A stretch of DNA of 64,000 nucleotides from assembly GCA_050575255.1 (NCBI GenBank), contig JBNZDD010013679.1:350444-414443 (forward strand). The letters are read 5' to 3'. Under the pieces are notes generated by a model. It was not told where the DNA came from. It did no database searches and worked only from the letters and a program-made list of their open reading frames with translations. The translations under genes were made by a program, and so were the position numbers. Origin of the DNA: Harriotta raleighana (lineage: Eukaryota). Within the stretch, counting starts at the first letter, position 1, and each line of letters begins with the position of its first letter. Below, piece by piece: positions 36,921 through 50,177 of this stretch.

Positions 36921-37484
36921 CCCTAGAAGTACTCTAGCTGTATTGCCAAAGATTCTTCTCTGGATCTTTGAAAGGGCGGGCATATGAACAGTGGGCCCCC
37001 CACTGCAACTGTCTATTTTTGGCACCTCTCGACAATATTAACGAGGTGCCAACAACGGGATTAATGCACCTGGTCATACTGCCAGATGTGGAGCACAGGG
37101 GGAGAAGGAAGGGAGAGGAGATGGCACGATTTGAGAGGCTTGTGTGCACGCATTTTGGCCCAGCAGTAAAATGTTTTACACTCTGGAAGCCTTTTTTTTT
37201 GAAAAAAAAATAAAAATTCTTTATATTTTTGTTCGGAACTTTTGGAAACGATTTTTCTTGGCCCTGTGAGGCTCCTGGTATCTGCATGGTGAAATCACTT
37301 AGGATCCCTTTGTTCCTGTGTCTCCATTACGACTGCTTTCATTCAGTTTCTTGTCCAAAAAGTATTGCATTTTCTAGAGTGTGAGGGGACCCAGGTTTAT
37401 CCTGTACAATATGTGTGATCTTTTCCAGCTCCACTATAAACAAGGTCCAAATTGTGCAAATTGTAGCCTGTGTCCTCAGCCATA

Positions 37485-38218
37485 CTAGGCTCCACACCCC
37501 CAGGTCCTGCCTGGCTCCGCTGGCTGCCTGTTACAGAACGGATTGATTTCATGATCCTCACGCTCAGTTTCATATCCCTTCAGCCTGGCAACTCCACACG
37601 TCTGCAATAATAATAATAATAAAAATCGTTGCATTTTGACATAGCGCTTTTCATGTCTACTAGACGTCTCAAAGCGCTTCACAGAATGTACTGTAAAGTG
37701 AATTGACCGTATATATGTGGCCGAAACGTGGCAGCCAATTGCGCACAGCAGTGTCCCACAAACAGTCATGGATTGAAATGACCAATTTTATTATTGTGGT
37801 TTTTTTGGGAGGGATTATTATTAGGCATGTGGAGTAAGGAAACTTGCCCAAGATTTCACCCTGACCTGCCTGGATTCAAACAGAGCTCTCAATGCTTGTA
37901 AGGGAAGTGCTCTAACCACTGAGCTACAGGCCTCCACATGCTTCACTCCACTATTCGCCCCTTCGCTCAGCTGGCCCAGGTCATCTGCATGTCCCTCATC
38001 CTCTGCACTCCACGGTTGGCAGCCGTGCTTTCAACCACTACGCCCCAGATCTCTAGCAGTCCCTGCCTCAATCACTCTGTCTCGGGTAGTCTTCAAATCA
38101 CTTCAACTGTGCTCTCAGTCACCTCCACTCCCTCTCCGGGCGGCTGTCGGACCACACCGCTGTTAATTACTCTGAGACATGAAGGACGCTGTGTAGATGC
38201 AAATTTCTGATCTTGTTA
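37485..38218 (+). mobile_element. L2 LINE 3' fragment interrupted by a SINE
   Basis: The left part encodes LRWLPVTERIDFMILTL (L2 LHWLP..RI.FKIL motif). The right part continues ggcagccgtgctttcaaccactacgcccca (GxRAF motif) to a tail gacgctgtgtagatgcaa. Confidence 0.75.
37606..37932 (-). mobile_element. Full-length tRNA-SINE, short variant, nested in L2
   Basis: (aat)n tail, consensus body, head ending ctctaaccactgagctacaggc. Confidence 0.93.
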
Positions 38219-38264
38219 CTTTCCATGATATAACAATTGTACATACTGGCTCATAGTCACCATG

Positions 38265-38320
38265 CAGTCACATTGTAATCCACATTGTAGTCACATTGTG
38301 GTCACACTTCAGTCACATGA
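38265..38320. repeat. Short degenerate tandem repeat, ~11-bp gtcacattgta unit x5
   Basis: cagtcacattgtaatccacattgtagtcacattgtggtcacacttcagtcacatg. Confidence 0.75.
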
Positions 38321-39444
38321 TAGGCATTCTGCAGTCTCAGACCTCACATGTCACAGGTATTGCTTTACTACCAACTGTTGATAGCCGCAGATCATAGTTG
38401 ATAGCCTAAACACCTGCTGCCTGGCATCCTGTCCACACCCAAAGGCCATTCCCTGGCTTCTCTGTCTTCCTGGTCTTCGAGAAAAACACACTTTCCCACT
38501 GTTTTTGGAGTGGAGGTTCCAAACAATAAGAGTCCATAAAAATCTTGGTACAACTTTGATGATGTCAAAGCTGCTTTGCCTTAATATAGCAGGATACATT
38601 TGAACCATGCTGAAGCATAAAAAATGTGAAGCATTTTGAGATGTCTCAATGATGTGATAAAGTGCTATATTAAATGAAAGGATTATGATTATTATTATTA
38701 TTTTTACAGGATTTGGAGTCAATTATCAAAAAAAAAGGAATTCAAGCCAATTTTAATAAGAACTTTAAATCAGTGTATCTCGAGACACTGTCCCAAATGA
38801 AGGGTGCTATATAAATGCAAGTTATCTTTGTTGAATTTCTGCAGCGATTTCTGCTCAATATCTATCGTAACAACAACAAATTACAATTCTATAGCACCTT
38901 TTATGTCACTGCAGATGACTTTACCACATGGCCCATGCTATTCCTGCTTCCCAGAAAGTATTGTACCCAAGGGCTGAGCAGCACAAGATTCATAAGGACA
39001 AATTCCATGGTTTTTGCCCTCTTCATTTGGAAAGTGTTTTACAGTACTTTCAGTCCACTCCCCTTCCCCAACAGCACATAGCAATGAATGAGTGTGTGCT
39101 ACGTGAAAGATCGCTGGCATATTCCCAGGTTTACCAGCACACAGACAATGACTGTGTCTGCTCCCTGAGTCACCCATCATAGAGCTCCCTATATTTCTTT
39201 GGTTGTGACCTAAAATATGCAAAGCTTGAACATCAAGTTAACCTAATGCCTAATTTGGGAATTTTTCAGCAGCGAGTCTAAACATGACTCAGAGGTCCGA
39301 TTTTTACCTAATTTGATGGAAAACAAATCGAGGTAAATTCAGTTTGTACTTTGAAGCCTCAGAGACCGTGGAAAGGTTTCACTGCACCAAAGAGTTTCTA
39401 TCGAGACTACTACTAATATTATTAATACTACTATTTACCACTAA

Positions 39445-39738
39445 TGACCACCTTAGCCCATCAAAAATGTCTCAAAGAATTTCACACAATGAATTTGAAG
39501 TGTTGTGACTGTTACTACCATTAGCAAACACAAAGCAGCTGATGTACACCGGCAAGATCATAAAAAAAAAGAACAATGAGTCGAGTAACCAATTAATCTG
39601 CATTTGATGACTGCATCCCCCAACAACATAGCTCTCAGTCAGTGTCAACCCAGATTATGAGAGAGCGTGGTGGTGTCGGTTCAAAGCCGCAACCTTCTGA
39701 CCCAGACTCTAAAGTGCTAGCGACTGAGAGAAACGGCA
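39445..39738 (-). mobile_element. DeuSINE (SacSINE1-like) remnant with internal deletion
   Basis: gtgtcaacccagattatg...caaccttctgacccagactc...gctagcgactgag is the rc of the head; L2-like tail portion on the left. Confidence 0.6.
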
Positions 39739-40214
39739 CCATCACAACGATTGCATTGGATCTTTCTTAGTGGAAGTGAAATGGTTCTGTTATTTTATAA
39801 CGGAGCAGTGTCAACTCTTCACCAGAATGTGTAACACAACAATGGAAACCCCAGCAGACCTTTCAGGAGGAACGATGCATTGTCCAGACTGGGAATGTGA
39901 ACGAGAGGAACAAAACAGGGTGGGATCTGCTCGCAACTGGCACAGCGAATCTTAAGGAGAGATTTCTCCTAATTAGTCTGCACATTAGATCCATGATTTT
40001 AAAAATGTTGTCTGAGGTTTCAAGCCGATCAAGTTGAGAACATGTTTAGCAAGCCTCGGATAAGCTACAAGTGATGGAAATAGGAAATATAATGTGGGTC
40101 ATATCTGAACCGCTGGCCTATTTTCAGAGATGGATCAGCTTCCTGTAATTTTCAACAAATTTCGCATTACCAGTGTGAAGGGCGCGATTTAAATATAAGT
40201 TGTTGTTTTCTACC

Positions 40215-40830
40215 AATCTGCCCGCCCCTCCGTTCAGTTGGCTACGGTCTGCTCCCTGTCTCCTGCCCAACCCGCCCTACCATCTTGGCCAAACTTTCAG
40301 CCTCTCTGCCCTCACACTCTGGAACTCCATCCCATGGTCCCTTCGCCGAGCTTCCTCCCTTACCTCCTTCAAGGCCGGTCTCAAGACCCTCCTTTTCGAT
40401 CGTGTCTTCTGCTGTCCTCCCATCACTCTCTCACCTGTCTCCCCGACCCTGCCCCTACCCCAAGTTTGGGTCTTGATCCCTGACTGTTCAGTGCCTTGGG
40501 ACATCCTCCCAATGTGAAAGTCCTGTAGTTCAGTGGTTAGAGCACTCGTCTTGCAAGCGTGAGACCTGTTTTCGAATCCAGGCAAGTTTCCTTACTCCAC
40601 ATGCCTAATAATAATCCTTCAAAGTAATCCACAGTAACAAAATTGGTCATTTCAATCCACAACTGTTTGTGGGATGCTGCTGTGTGCAATTGGCTGCCTC
40701 GTTTTGCTCACAGTCAATTCACTTTACAGTATATTCTGTGAAGCGCTTTTAGAAGATGTGAAAAGCGTTATATCAAAGGCAAGGAATCTTATTACAGTAT
40801 AAAGGCAATAAGTTTAATTTTGTTGTGTGT
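40215..40830 (+). mobile_element. L2 LINE 3' fragment with a SINE inserted in its tail
   Basis: 40215-40519 is homologous to 63430-63735; a tail remnant aaaggcaataagtttaattttgttg follows the SINE. Confidence 0.8.
40520..40794 (+). mobile_element. Full-length tRNA-SINE, short variant
   Basis: gtcctgtagttcagtggttagagcactcgtcttgcaagcgtgagacctgttttcgaatcc head through tatatcaaaggcaagg tail. Confidence 0.92.
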
Positions 40831-41089
40831 TTGTGTTGTCATCGTTGAAAACTAGAAACATTTCTTGGTTGGGTTTCGGAACAAATACAAAAGTTCAAAT
40901 AGCTCATGTTTTTCGACAATTGTACATAACCAGTTTCAGTCTTAAACAAGGAAAATCTCAGAAAACGTAATGTGTTTCAGAACAATTGATACACACTGTA
41001 GTAATGTATCAAATGGGAGGATTAGTACAGGTTGGAAAGTACTATTCTTCCTCACCTCAGCTTCTCCTCTGCCCATTGCATTAGGCATA

Positions 41090-41317
41090 CAGGTAGTCCT
41101 CAAGTTACGTCAGGGTTAGGTTCCTAAGATGTGGTGTAAGTCGAATTTGTATGTAAGTCGAGTCACCCCCCTATAATGCTTACAGTAACATACAGTGATT
41201 GGTTGTAGTGTCGTAACTTCGAGACTTTGGATGTAACTCGGACGTAATTTTACTGATACTAAGCGTCGCAACTTCGAATTGTCGTACCTCGGAACGTCGT
41301 AACTTGAGGACTGCCTG
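41090..41317. mobile_element. Tigger-like MITE, 228 bp
   Basis: TIRs CAGGTAGTCCTCAAGTTACG and (rc) CAGGCAGTCCTCAAGTTACG (19/20); TA TSD at 41088-89 and 41318-19; internal gtaagtcga / cgtaact subrepeats. Confidence 0.93.
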
Positions 41318-43900
41318 TACTCTAATCTCTTCATAACCAATGCACCGTTGATACATAAGTGGCCATTCATTACACTGTAAGCGACAGGCTCGACTGTGAA
41401 TTCCTGTCCGAACATGGGGATTCAACCCATCATCTTCTAAACCAGAGGTGAAAATATTACCAACTGTGCCAAAAGCTGACATTCCTGCAAATGTGTGTTG
41501 TGTCCATATTATAAAGCTAACAATAGTGAGATCTTTGTAGTGCCTTAGCCACAACAATCCACAAATGTTTCATCTTTTCTTTAGTGTTCACCCAAATCAC
41601 TACAATTCACCCAAATGGGTGACTGGCTGACAATTAGAAGGAACTGTACACATTGCTTGGCCTGAAATGAAGAATGATTCAGCTGGTTGTGAATGTAACC
41701 GGGCCATCCAAATTAGCATCTCTTCAGCAGAGAATGTTTTCACGCCTCTTCGCACACTGAGACATTTTTGCACCTAGAGTGTAAATCAAGCAAATCAGAA
41801 CCAGTTTCTGGGAGGCAGATCAGAATCAGACTGACAAATGTTAATGTGCCCAAAGCCGCAGACATCTGCTGCAGCCCGATGCCCTGTTTGTTGCAAGTAA
41901 ATAGCTTTCTTCCACGACACACGACTGTGGTTTCTCAGCAATCGGTCCAGTGTTACACAAGTCCCCAAGATGAACGTTTCTCTTTCATCTGTGTTTATCA
42001 GAGTGGTAAACAATTCCTAACAAAACTGTGTTCCAATGGTGCAGCACTGATGGCTGTAAGATAAGGCAGGGCTTGGCACCAGGACTAGATCTGGCAGTCT
42101 GTCAACATGGTTTAAGTCACTGTGATAAGCAAATGACTTATGATACTCTTTACAACATTAAAAGCTCCAGTGTCCCTTCTCGACGTAAATGTGACTTGGA
42201 AACTTCGCAAAAGGAAAGAGGGACCTTCCCTTCTGGTGGCCCAGGGCACAAGCCTACAGTGGATAAGTCAATCTGAAATTGTTACCAAAAAATAATGAAC
42301 TCTTAATTGTTGGATAGCACGGTATCACCTAGAGCAATCTCTTCTGCAGATCTCAAGTCAATCCTAAACTCTGAGGGACTGGTTCAAGGAAACTGTTTTA
42401 TGCACAAAGAACCAAGTAACGCTGAAAATCACTGGCAGCTGCCTTCGCTTACATCTGTAAGCACTTTGCAGCAGTTAAACAGACTTCTAAAAGAAAGCAC
42501 AGACTGCATGAATTGAGAATGCCGTTGGATGCTGAATGGTGCTGTGTGGGGTTTCATTTATTAGTTTGTAAATCCAGCCTTACATTTAGCAGATGGAAAA
42601 GAGGCTGCTGTGTGAATAGGATGGGAGGGTGCCAGAGTGGCAACTCAGACCTGGGATCCTACCGACCAACCAAGTGATTAACTGACCAATACACTGAACA
42701 ACATCAACAGCTTGCATTTATGTATCGCCCTTTACGCAGCATCTCAGTATGCTTAACAGTGGCGGAACCTGATGTCGAGCCGGGGGAGGGAAGGCGGGAG
42801 GAACCAAGGCAGGGAGCTGCAAGAATCATGTAACAGACTGGGAACCATGTATAAATACTATTAATAATAATAATACAAAAAAGAAACAAATGATCAAAAT
42901 AAATGCTTTGCTACAGACGTGCTTTTTGTTGACAATGATAGCTCAGGGCAGTGGCTGTTGCCCTTGTGTCAAAATAAACCTATTTTGTAATCAGAATCTA
43001 TGCTTATTACTTTAGGAGTGATGCTACAATTCATGCAAAACGTAATCATTTCTATTTTTTTCATGAATCTAATTACCCCTGAAACAGACTCAAACAATTA
43101 TAGTTTGATCAGCTTATAAAATAGCTGCAGTTTTCCTTCTTGCTAGGTGCCTTTATTATTTACTCAGACTGTAAAATTAAGAGCAGCTTTCTGGAGCTGC
43201 GTGTTTCAGCCGTTTGATTTTCTGTAGAGGGACATTTTCCGTATACCTGCACATTAACTATTTTAAGAATAGTGAACTCTTCACCAAAACCTGGAACTTT
43301 TTATTTTCCCTTTATAAACCTTCTTGCCTTTCAGCCTATTGCAAATGACAAAATGCTGATTACAAGTCAGGTAAACACACCAGATCTAAACCTGTGTGTA
43401 GGTATGAAATATTACATCAAGTGTGCAATTTTGGAAGGGGATGATAGGGAATTTCTTAACCTTAGCTCTCATAACCATAGAGTACAGGCCACATAAAGAA
43501 AATAGTTTCATGTTCTCCATTTTAAAACTCTTAAGGAGATGAACAGTATTAATGTATAACATTTGTCTCCCTCCTTAAGGTATTTGATGATAATACATCT
43601 CCTTTCAGCTAAAGAACAAAAACGTGATGGTAGTTGAGGGACGGGATTTGGTTGCCCTGCTGAATTCTTCACAATCATCTTAAATACCCCTATGAAACTG
43701 GGGGCAGCAAATGGGCTTGTATTGGTGAAGCAGGGAAATTGGGCATAATTCTTTCACTTATATCCTAAACCCGTTTCACACATTCATGCACACCGCTCTA
43801 CCAATTAAGCCAGTCACATTTAAACATTGAGATAAGCCTGGGATGTGAGCTTCTGTGGTTGTTTGGGATATCAGATACCCCAAATGCCACTAGACCGTTT

Positions 43901-44059
43901 TGTCTGAAAATTTTAAATTGTACAACATTGTGGAAAGTTCTTTTCATGAGCTTTAATTGGACAAGACAGTTTTCCACAGTTCTTAAAAGAACCAACTTCC
44001 AAATTAAGACTCAATTGAATGCTTTTCAACAATTCTGTGGATTCGTAAATTTTAGGATA
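43901..44059. mobile_element. Fold-back MITE, family A, copy 4
   Basis: aaaattttaaattgtacaacattgtggaaag ... cttccaaattaagact ... cttttcaacaattctgtggattcgtaaatttt. Confidence 0.6.
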
Positions 44060-44190
44060 AAGTAGACTTACCATTCATACAAAGCTGATTTTGTGGCATT
44101 TCAACANCTTTTCAACAATTCTGTGGATTCGTAAATTTTAGGATAAAGTAGACTTACATTCATACAAAGCTGATTACAAAGCTGACAACA
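44022..44190. other. ~85-bp duplication across a single N (assembly join)
   Basis: N at 44107; the copies diverge in their last ~15 bp. Confidence 0.85.
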
Positions 44191-44649
44191 ACATGGATTT
44201 ATGTAGGATATTTATATAGAGCTTCTGCAAAGCTCATATTCACCCATATATGATAATGCTCTGAAACACACTTAATGTTTGTCCTCTCACACATACCTGC
44301 AAGCCAATATTAATGCACCTATATACAAAGAGAAGACTCAATGTGATATCACTGGAACAACAACAACAGAATTTGTATAACAGATTTAATGTCAGAAGGA
44401 AGAACTGCAAGGGCCACAAAGAGCATTTAGGCCACTTCTTCACACCATCAAACAGAATTAAGAAATGTAGATGGGCTTCAATCTGAGATTTTCAGTAAGA
44501 AATGTTATCAAATAGTACTGTATTTACTGCACAAAAGAAGGACTTTGGCCCACCTTGAAAAGTACAAATTTGCAATTAACACAATAAGCGAGGATTTTGG
44601 GAGCCTATGAATATAAACAGGTGAATATCACATGTAATATATAATAGAT

Positions 44650-44890
44650 AATAAATAATCCTTGCATTGAAATATAGCGATTTTTATATCTTCTAGACTT
44701 CTCAAAGCGCTTCAAAGAATATACTGTAAAGTGAATTGACTGTATATTTGTGGGTGAAACGCTGCAGCCAATTACGCACAGCAGTGTACCACAAACAGTC
44801 ATGGATTGAAATGACAATTTTTTTTTAGGGATTATTAATAGGTGTAAGTAAGCTTGTCCAAGTTTCACGCTGCCTGGATTCGAACACGGG
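44650..44890 (-). mobile_element. tRNA-SINE, short variant, head partly lost
   Basis: Consensus tail and body through ctggattcgaacac (B box, rc). Confidence 0.9.
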
Positions 44891-45669
44891 CATATATCAT
44901 GTAGAATATTACAGGCTCAAAGTTACAAATTGTTGCAAAAAACAGCTTCTTATGCCTGTCAGTGCTCATCATAATCGGCATGGCAAGGATTGTCTCCTTT
45001 TTAATAAACGTAACAGTGATTAGATACATACAAAAGCCTGCCTGTATTATTTATCAGTAATTACGAGCGGGGATGTCACTAATTAAAACAGATTGCAGGA
45101 AGCCTTTCATTAAACACACACGCCAGATACTCAGTGAAAATCAGCTGAAACGAAGCCAGCCAGCGATGGATTCTCTTTGCCCAGGAAATTTCCTTTATTT
45201 GCTGAATGTTCTATTCGCAAATTCCCTTTCAATAAATTTGTTTTGACAGTTCTAGTCCTGAGAGTGCCCACTCTAGAGCCCTTGGTATCACCAGTCTCCC
45301 ATTAAAAGACAAGTGGGAATACTTCAGCATTGTACCCCTACATGATGTGGACGTCCCATTTATAAAACTTAGGGGAAGTGTTAATAAAAACACAGCTGGG
45401 TTTCTATCACACTCCTCAAGGTGTTGAACAAGGCTGGGAAAATGCAAGCAATTTAACAAATAGCTTGATAAGAACTAAAGAAAAAGGTTTTGTTAAGTAC
45501 GCCTGTTTCCCCTGTTAGATTTTCTTCTTTAAAAAATACTATACAGACGCAAATTCAATCCGAACACATTTTCGATGGAACAAGATATACAGTGAAATGA
45601 TTTTTTTTTTTTTACACAGCCAATTCTGTCTCGTGAAAATCATGTAATATTTACAGGGGTGTTCTGGTT

Positions 45670-45890
45670 TTACCAAGCTCACTAGAGATATCTATTCTAT
45701 TCCAATTCCAACCCTGTTTCCCCACAATTATACTATAAACTTTCTTCAAGTATTTATCCAATTCCTTTTTGAATGGTGGAGTGGTCTCATTTTCCACAAT
45801 TGAATACACCACTTGTGCTTGTGCATCCATGTGTAAAACTAAATTCCTAGCTTCTTCTTTTCCCCCCCTTTTCCAGTGATAATCCTGGCC
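45670..45890 (-). mobile_element. CR1-type LINE 3' fragment
   Basis: ttcttcaagtatttatccaattcctttttgaa is the rc of FKKELDKYLK, as in the ORF track. Confidence 0.65.
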
Positions 45891-48004
45891 GTGAGACACG
45901 TTTTTTTCTGTAAAGTGTGTTCGTACGCTTGTGCGTGCACAGATTACACAGCTCCACTCAAAAGGACGGCAAGAAGTCAAGCAGCACACAGCAGTTACTG
46001 AGGACTGGCTGGTTCAGCGCTCATGTCACAATGGGTGACACAAGACATTACACTGTTTCAGGGAAATGAGGTGTTCGAAGCGTTAAGGGGAAGCCGATGC
46101 GAATCGTTCAGAATAAGCAGATTCCTCATAGAAATGTTGTAGGGAGTCTATTTGCAGAATCCTTCTGTCAACAAGCCCAGTAAACAAGTGTTAATATTTC
46201 TAGAAAAGAGCAATCCGGTGGGAAATCGGTGTAGTTAGCAGCACAGACCAAGGATCTGATCGGAGAGGGAATTGTGTCAGCCCTAGCGAATCGGCAGTAT
46301 GTGGCTGTCAGCACCATGAAATGGAGCTGCATCAAAGCCGAGCAGGCCGTGACCTGAATGCTACACATATCTCCCTCACTGAGAGGATCAATGACAGCAT
46401 TTGCTGGGCTCTCGTCAGAGCCCATTGCTAATGAAAGCAGTGCTGAAAGGCAAGACCAGGGCCTCCGAGCTGTTCAATGCCGAGCTGGCACTTTGTAATG
46501 AGCTGGCTGTAAACACGCTGGGGCCCCTGGCCCTCTAGCTGTCTGTTCTGTGTCACTCCGGCGAGATGGTTCCTGCTAAAGATCTGACGCACTGTGAAAA
46601 GCAAGGTGTCAGGATGCCTGACTCTCATCATATGAAGGGAAAGGGGGGTAAGGGAGTGAGGGAGAAAACGTTGGCTTGTGATGATGTGGTCAAAAACAAT
46701 CACCTTGATCCAGCCCAGTCTCTTTGATGTGCTAGCAGTGAGCTGAGTGCCCAGAGTAAGGTACAACCTTTTTTTAAAAAAATCTGGCTTGACGTGCTCA
46801 AATCACAACCAGATGAAGCAACACATAAAACATTTTGTTCTCCCCTGATATGGAAGAAGTGAAGGAGAGAGATAACACAAACCAGGTTTGAAGATAATGG
46901 AGATTTGATTGTGTGTGTAAAACGCTTCGGGGAGTTTCCGAAAAGAATGCAAAGCCCTTCATTTCATTACATTTAGCGCAAATCTAAGTTATTGTTGTTG
47001 TTGCACTTATTGACCACATTAATTGTCTCCAATTCAAGCTCAAGGTTTCAAAACAACAAATGTTTGGCTGTGTCGGAAGCACTTTGTGTTCGTAAATGAC
47101 GACAGTGTCATTTTGGGAGGTAGCAATGAGTGGAGGAGTAGGAGTAGGAAGAAAAAGAGTTCTTGTAAGGATACTTGATCCAGCGCCTTGAAATGACCTC
47201 CCGACGTGAAACACGCAATACAGTGTAATTTTGTTATTGTTGTTTTATTTTTGCTGTTGATCCCTGGAACTATAAAATCTCCATGATTGGCCAAGTGATC
47301 CGAGACGCTATCGCATGTGAGGGGCGCTATATAAATGCAATTTGATGTAGTGGCCGAGGGAGTGGCCAATGGTGGGAACTCATTTCTGCAAATTTCATGG
47401 AGATGTTTCTCAGCTTTGTGATCAAACAGTTTCAAACCAGGCACACATGTCTGATGTTCTCCAGGAGACGTCACTGCGTTCAAAATGGCTGCCCGCAAAA
47501 AACTAGACACTACATGTAGCAGCAATCACTATGAAAGGCTGCCAGATGATTTTATGCGACAGGTACAAAAAAAGAGTTCCCTCTTTCTTACACTGATGCC
47601 TGTTGTGAGAACAACAGCTCAGATACAGTCCACATGACATCTTATAAGGTGAAGTCCACTAAAAGGTGAGTAAATGCAATGCAATTTACACTTATATAGC
47701 ATCTTTCACATTGGGAGGATGTACTAATGTCTCAAAAAGCTTGACATGCCCATGGAATATCCAAGCTGGAAATGGGGCCTGAGAGATGGGGGCTGGGGAG
47801 CAGCTATTGGAGGCTATTGTTTGGACATTGTCTTAAAGCACTAGAGATCCACAGGTTGCAGTGTATCGATATCTGTTGGGTACGTCAGTAGCAATTCACA
47901 AATCCTGGAATAACCACAACAACAATATATTTACATAAGAACTTGCTGGATAAAAAAAGACCAATGTCCATCCAGTTCACCTTCCACCAGTGATAACTTG
48001 TCCG

Positions 48005-48340
48005 CCACTTTCTCCATTCATCAGGCTCCAACTTGCTCCAGACCTATGCGTGGCCCCTTTGCCTGGCCTGCCCCACCATCGGTGATCAGGCCTTCATACC
48101 TCACCACTCACACCCTTTGGGCCTTCATTCAAAATTCCCTTTGCCTTGCTTCCTCCCTTGCCTCCTTCAAGACATGTCTCAATATCTTCCTCTTTGACCA
48201 ATCCTTCGACCCCACCCTCATACCCTCACTGCCCTCCACCCGCCCGCCCCTTGCTTGGGTACAAATCCCTGAATGTCAGCGCCTTGGGATGTCCTCCCAA
48301 CGTGAACGGCACTATACAAAGGCAATTTTGTATTAGATTG
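48005..48340 (+). mobile_element. L2 LINE 3' fragment
   Basis: Homologous to 63430-63760; tail cagcgccttgggatgtcctcccaacgtgaacggcactatac. Confidence 0.85.
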
Positions 48341-49980
48341 TGATCTCTAAAACAGCAGTGGTGTGGTGCCTAATCTAACTGACTGTTAAGTCAGGAGGGG
48401 AATTTAGACTCGATTTTGAGGGATGGACCACAAACCAGGACAGCAAATGTTGCAATGCAGAAACAGTTCAGTTGGTAGCTTTTACCAAAGAAAATCAAAA
48501 CGTTGGACATGATGCGGATTGGATAGATTGATTTTAGGAAGTAATAACTTGGGATACAGTAAGTAGTTTGACATGTGCATGCGACTGCAAGGTGGTGGAA
48601 AGTAAACTGGATGGACTTTGGCCTTCTTTCATCCAGCAATTCTTGTGTTCTTATGCAGAACAGTGTGGCTGAGAACTGATGCGTTTCATCTAATGTACCA
48701 GACAACCCCGACTGGCTGCACTTATGTTTTGGCCCATATGCAAGTGCATTAATCTGCTCCAGCTTTACTGCTGAGCACTCCAGTTACACTGCACACAACG
48801 ACTACTGACTTTTCTCCTCCCTCTTCATATGTGCCCTATTCTTTTTTTAAATTGCACTTTATTATCTTCTCCCTTTCCTCCCTCCGTTAGCTGTCGTGCT
48901 CCGCACCATCCCAAGCCAAGCCAGCAGGCCATCTGCCTGCTGCCTCCAATTGCCCCTCTTTCCCTAAAGGGAACACACGAGTGTACATAACTGGACAAGA
49001 CTATTGTGCTCTATCTGGCCTGCAGACAAATTTAAATAAACAACTCTCCACTCCTCTGTCTACCTCTCATACCCCTAACTTGAATTCTTCACCAGCTAAC
49101 TCTCTACTACCCCTCCTGAGCTTGTGATGCGATCTGCCTCTGCCACCTTGCTGGGTGGTCTATTCCAATGCTCTCTGTGTAAAGTAATTGACATCTGAAC
49201 TTTATGTCCATCTTTATTGTGAGCTCAAGTCCGTGTCCTTTTCCTAGAGAAATAACCTGGCCACTGTGGAAGGACCCTACTGTGATCAGCAAAGCGTTGA
49301 ATAAGGACATGCGCTGTGGGCGTGGGTTCTGTTGCAGTGTGTCCCAGGAAGCGTTTCACACGCTCAGAACAATCCAACTCAAACACAGCAGGGCCCAGAC
49401 TCTGCCTCTTAACATTTTCAATTGGTAATTGCGGAACGAAAAGTTCACTGCCTTTAGCAATTAGTGAGTGTTAATAACCATCCCCCCTCCTCGTTACGCC
49501 ATGACTGCCTCTCACAAAATAATCTAAAAGCTCAGAGATCACAAAACACTGCAACCCTCTAATGTCAACAACGACTCGCATTTATATAGCGCCCTTCACG
49601 TGGGGTAGTGTCCCGGGGCATTTGTCAGCTAACACCAGTGTGCCGTGACTTCCTATATCTTTTACATTCACATGTGTTCTAACTTTTAAATCTGCTTGAA
49701 ATATGTATGTAATATACACACTCCTTATTTCTAGCCAAATACGCGAATCCTCTCAGTTGCCACACTGGAGGGTACAGCTGTTAATAATGTCGACACCAGA
49801 ATCCAAGGGGAGTGCTGCTCCCTTTTATTGCTGAATGTAGCTTTTAACGCTGAGTTCGACTCTCCTCCCCGCAGTGCAACAGCTCTCAGGAGAGAGAAAT
49901 CATCATGCAAGACGTTACAGCTTTTAGGCCAATCCCATTTCAAAGTCAGAATGAGCTGCAGTTCCAAATCTAAATGCTGC

Positions 49981-50160
49981 AATAATAATCCTTGCATTCG
50001 ATATAGCACCTTATCACATTTCAATTCAGTTCACAGAATATACTGTAAAGTGAATTGACCCTGAGTGAATTGACTCTGGGTGAATTGACTCTGGGTGAAA
50101 AGCGACAGCCAATTACGCACAGCAGTGTTCAACAAACCATCGTGGATTGAGTAACCAAAT
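49981..50160 (-). mobile_element. tRNA-SINE 3' half with an internal 15-bp triplication
   Basis: gtgaattgac(c/t)ctg(a/g) x3 at about 50050-50095. Confidence 0.85.
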
Positions 50161-50177
50161 TCAACAAAAATGTTAAA

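Noticed and set aside
40520-40590. tRNA-Ala(TGC)-like gene (also 36620-36688, 37870-37932, 51999-52070)
   Set aside because: No closing acceptor stem, and each continues into the SINE body; these are SINE heads.
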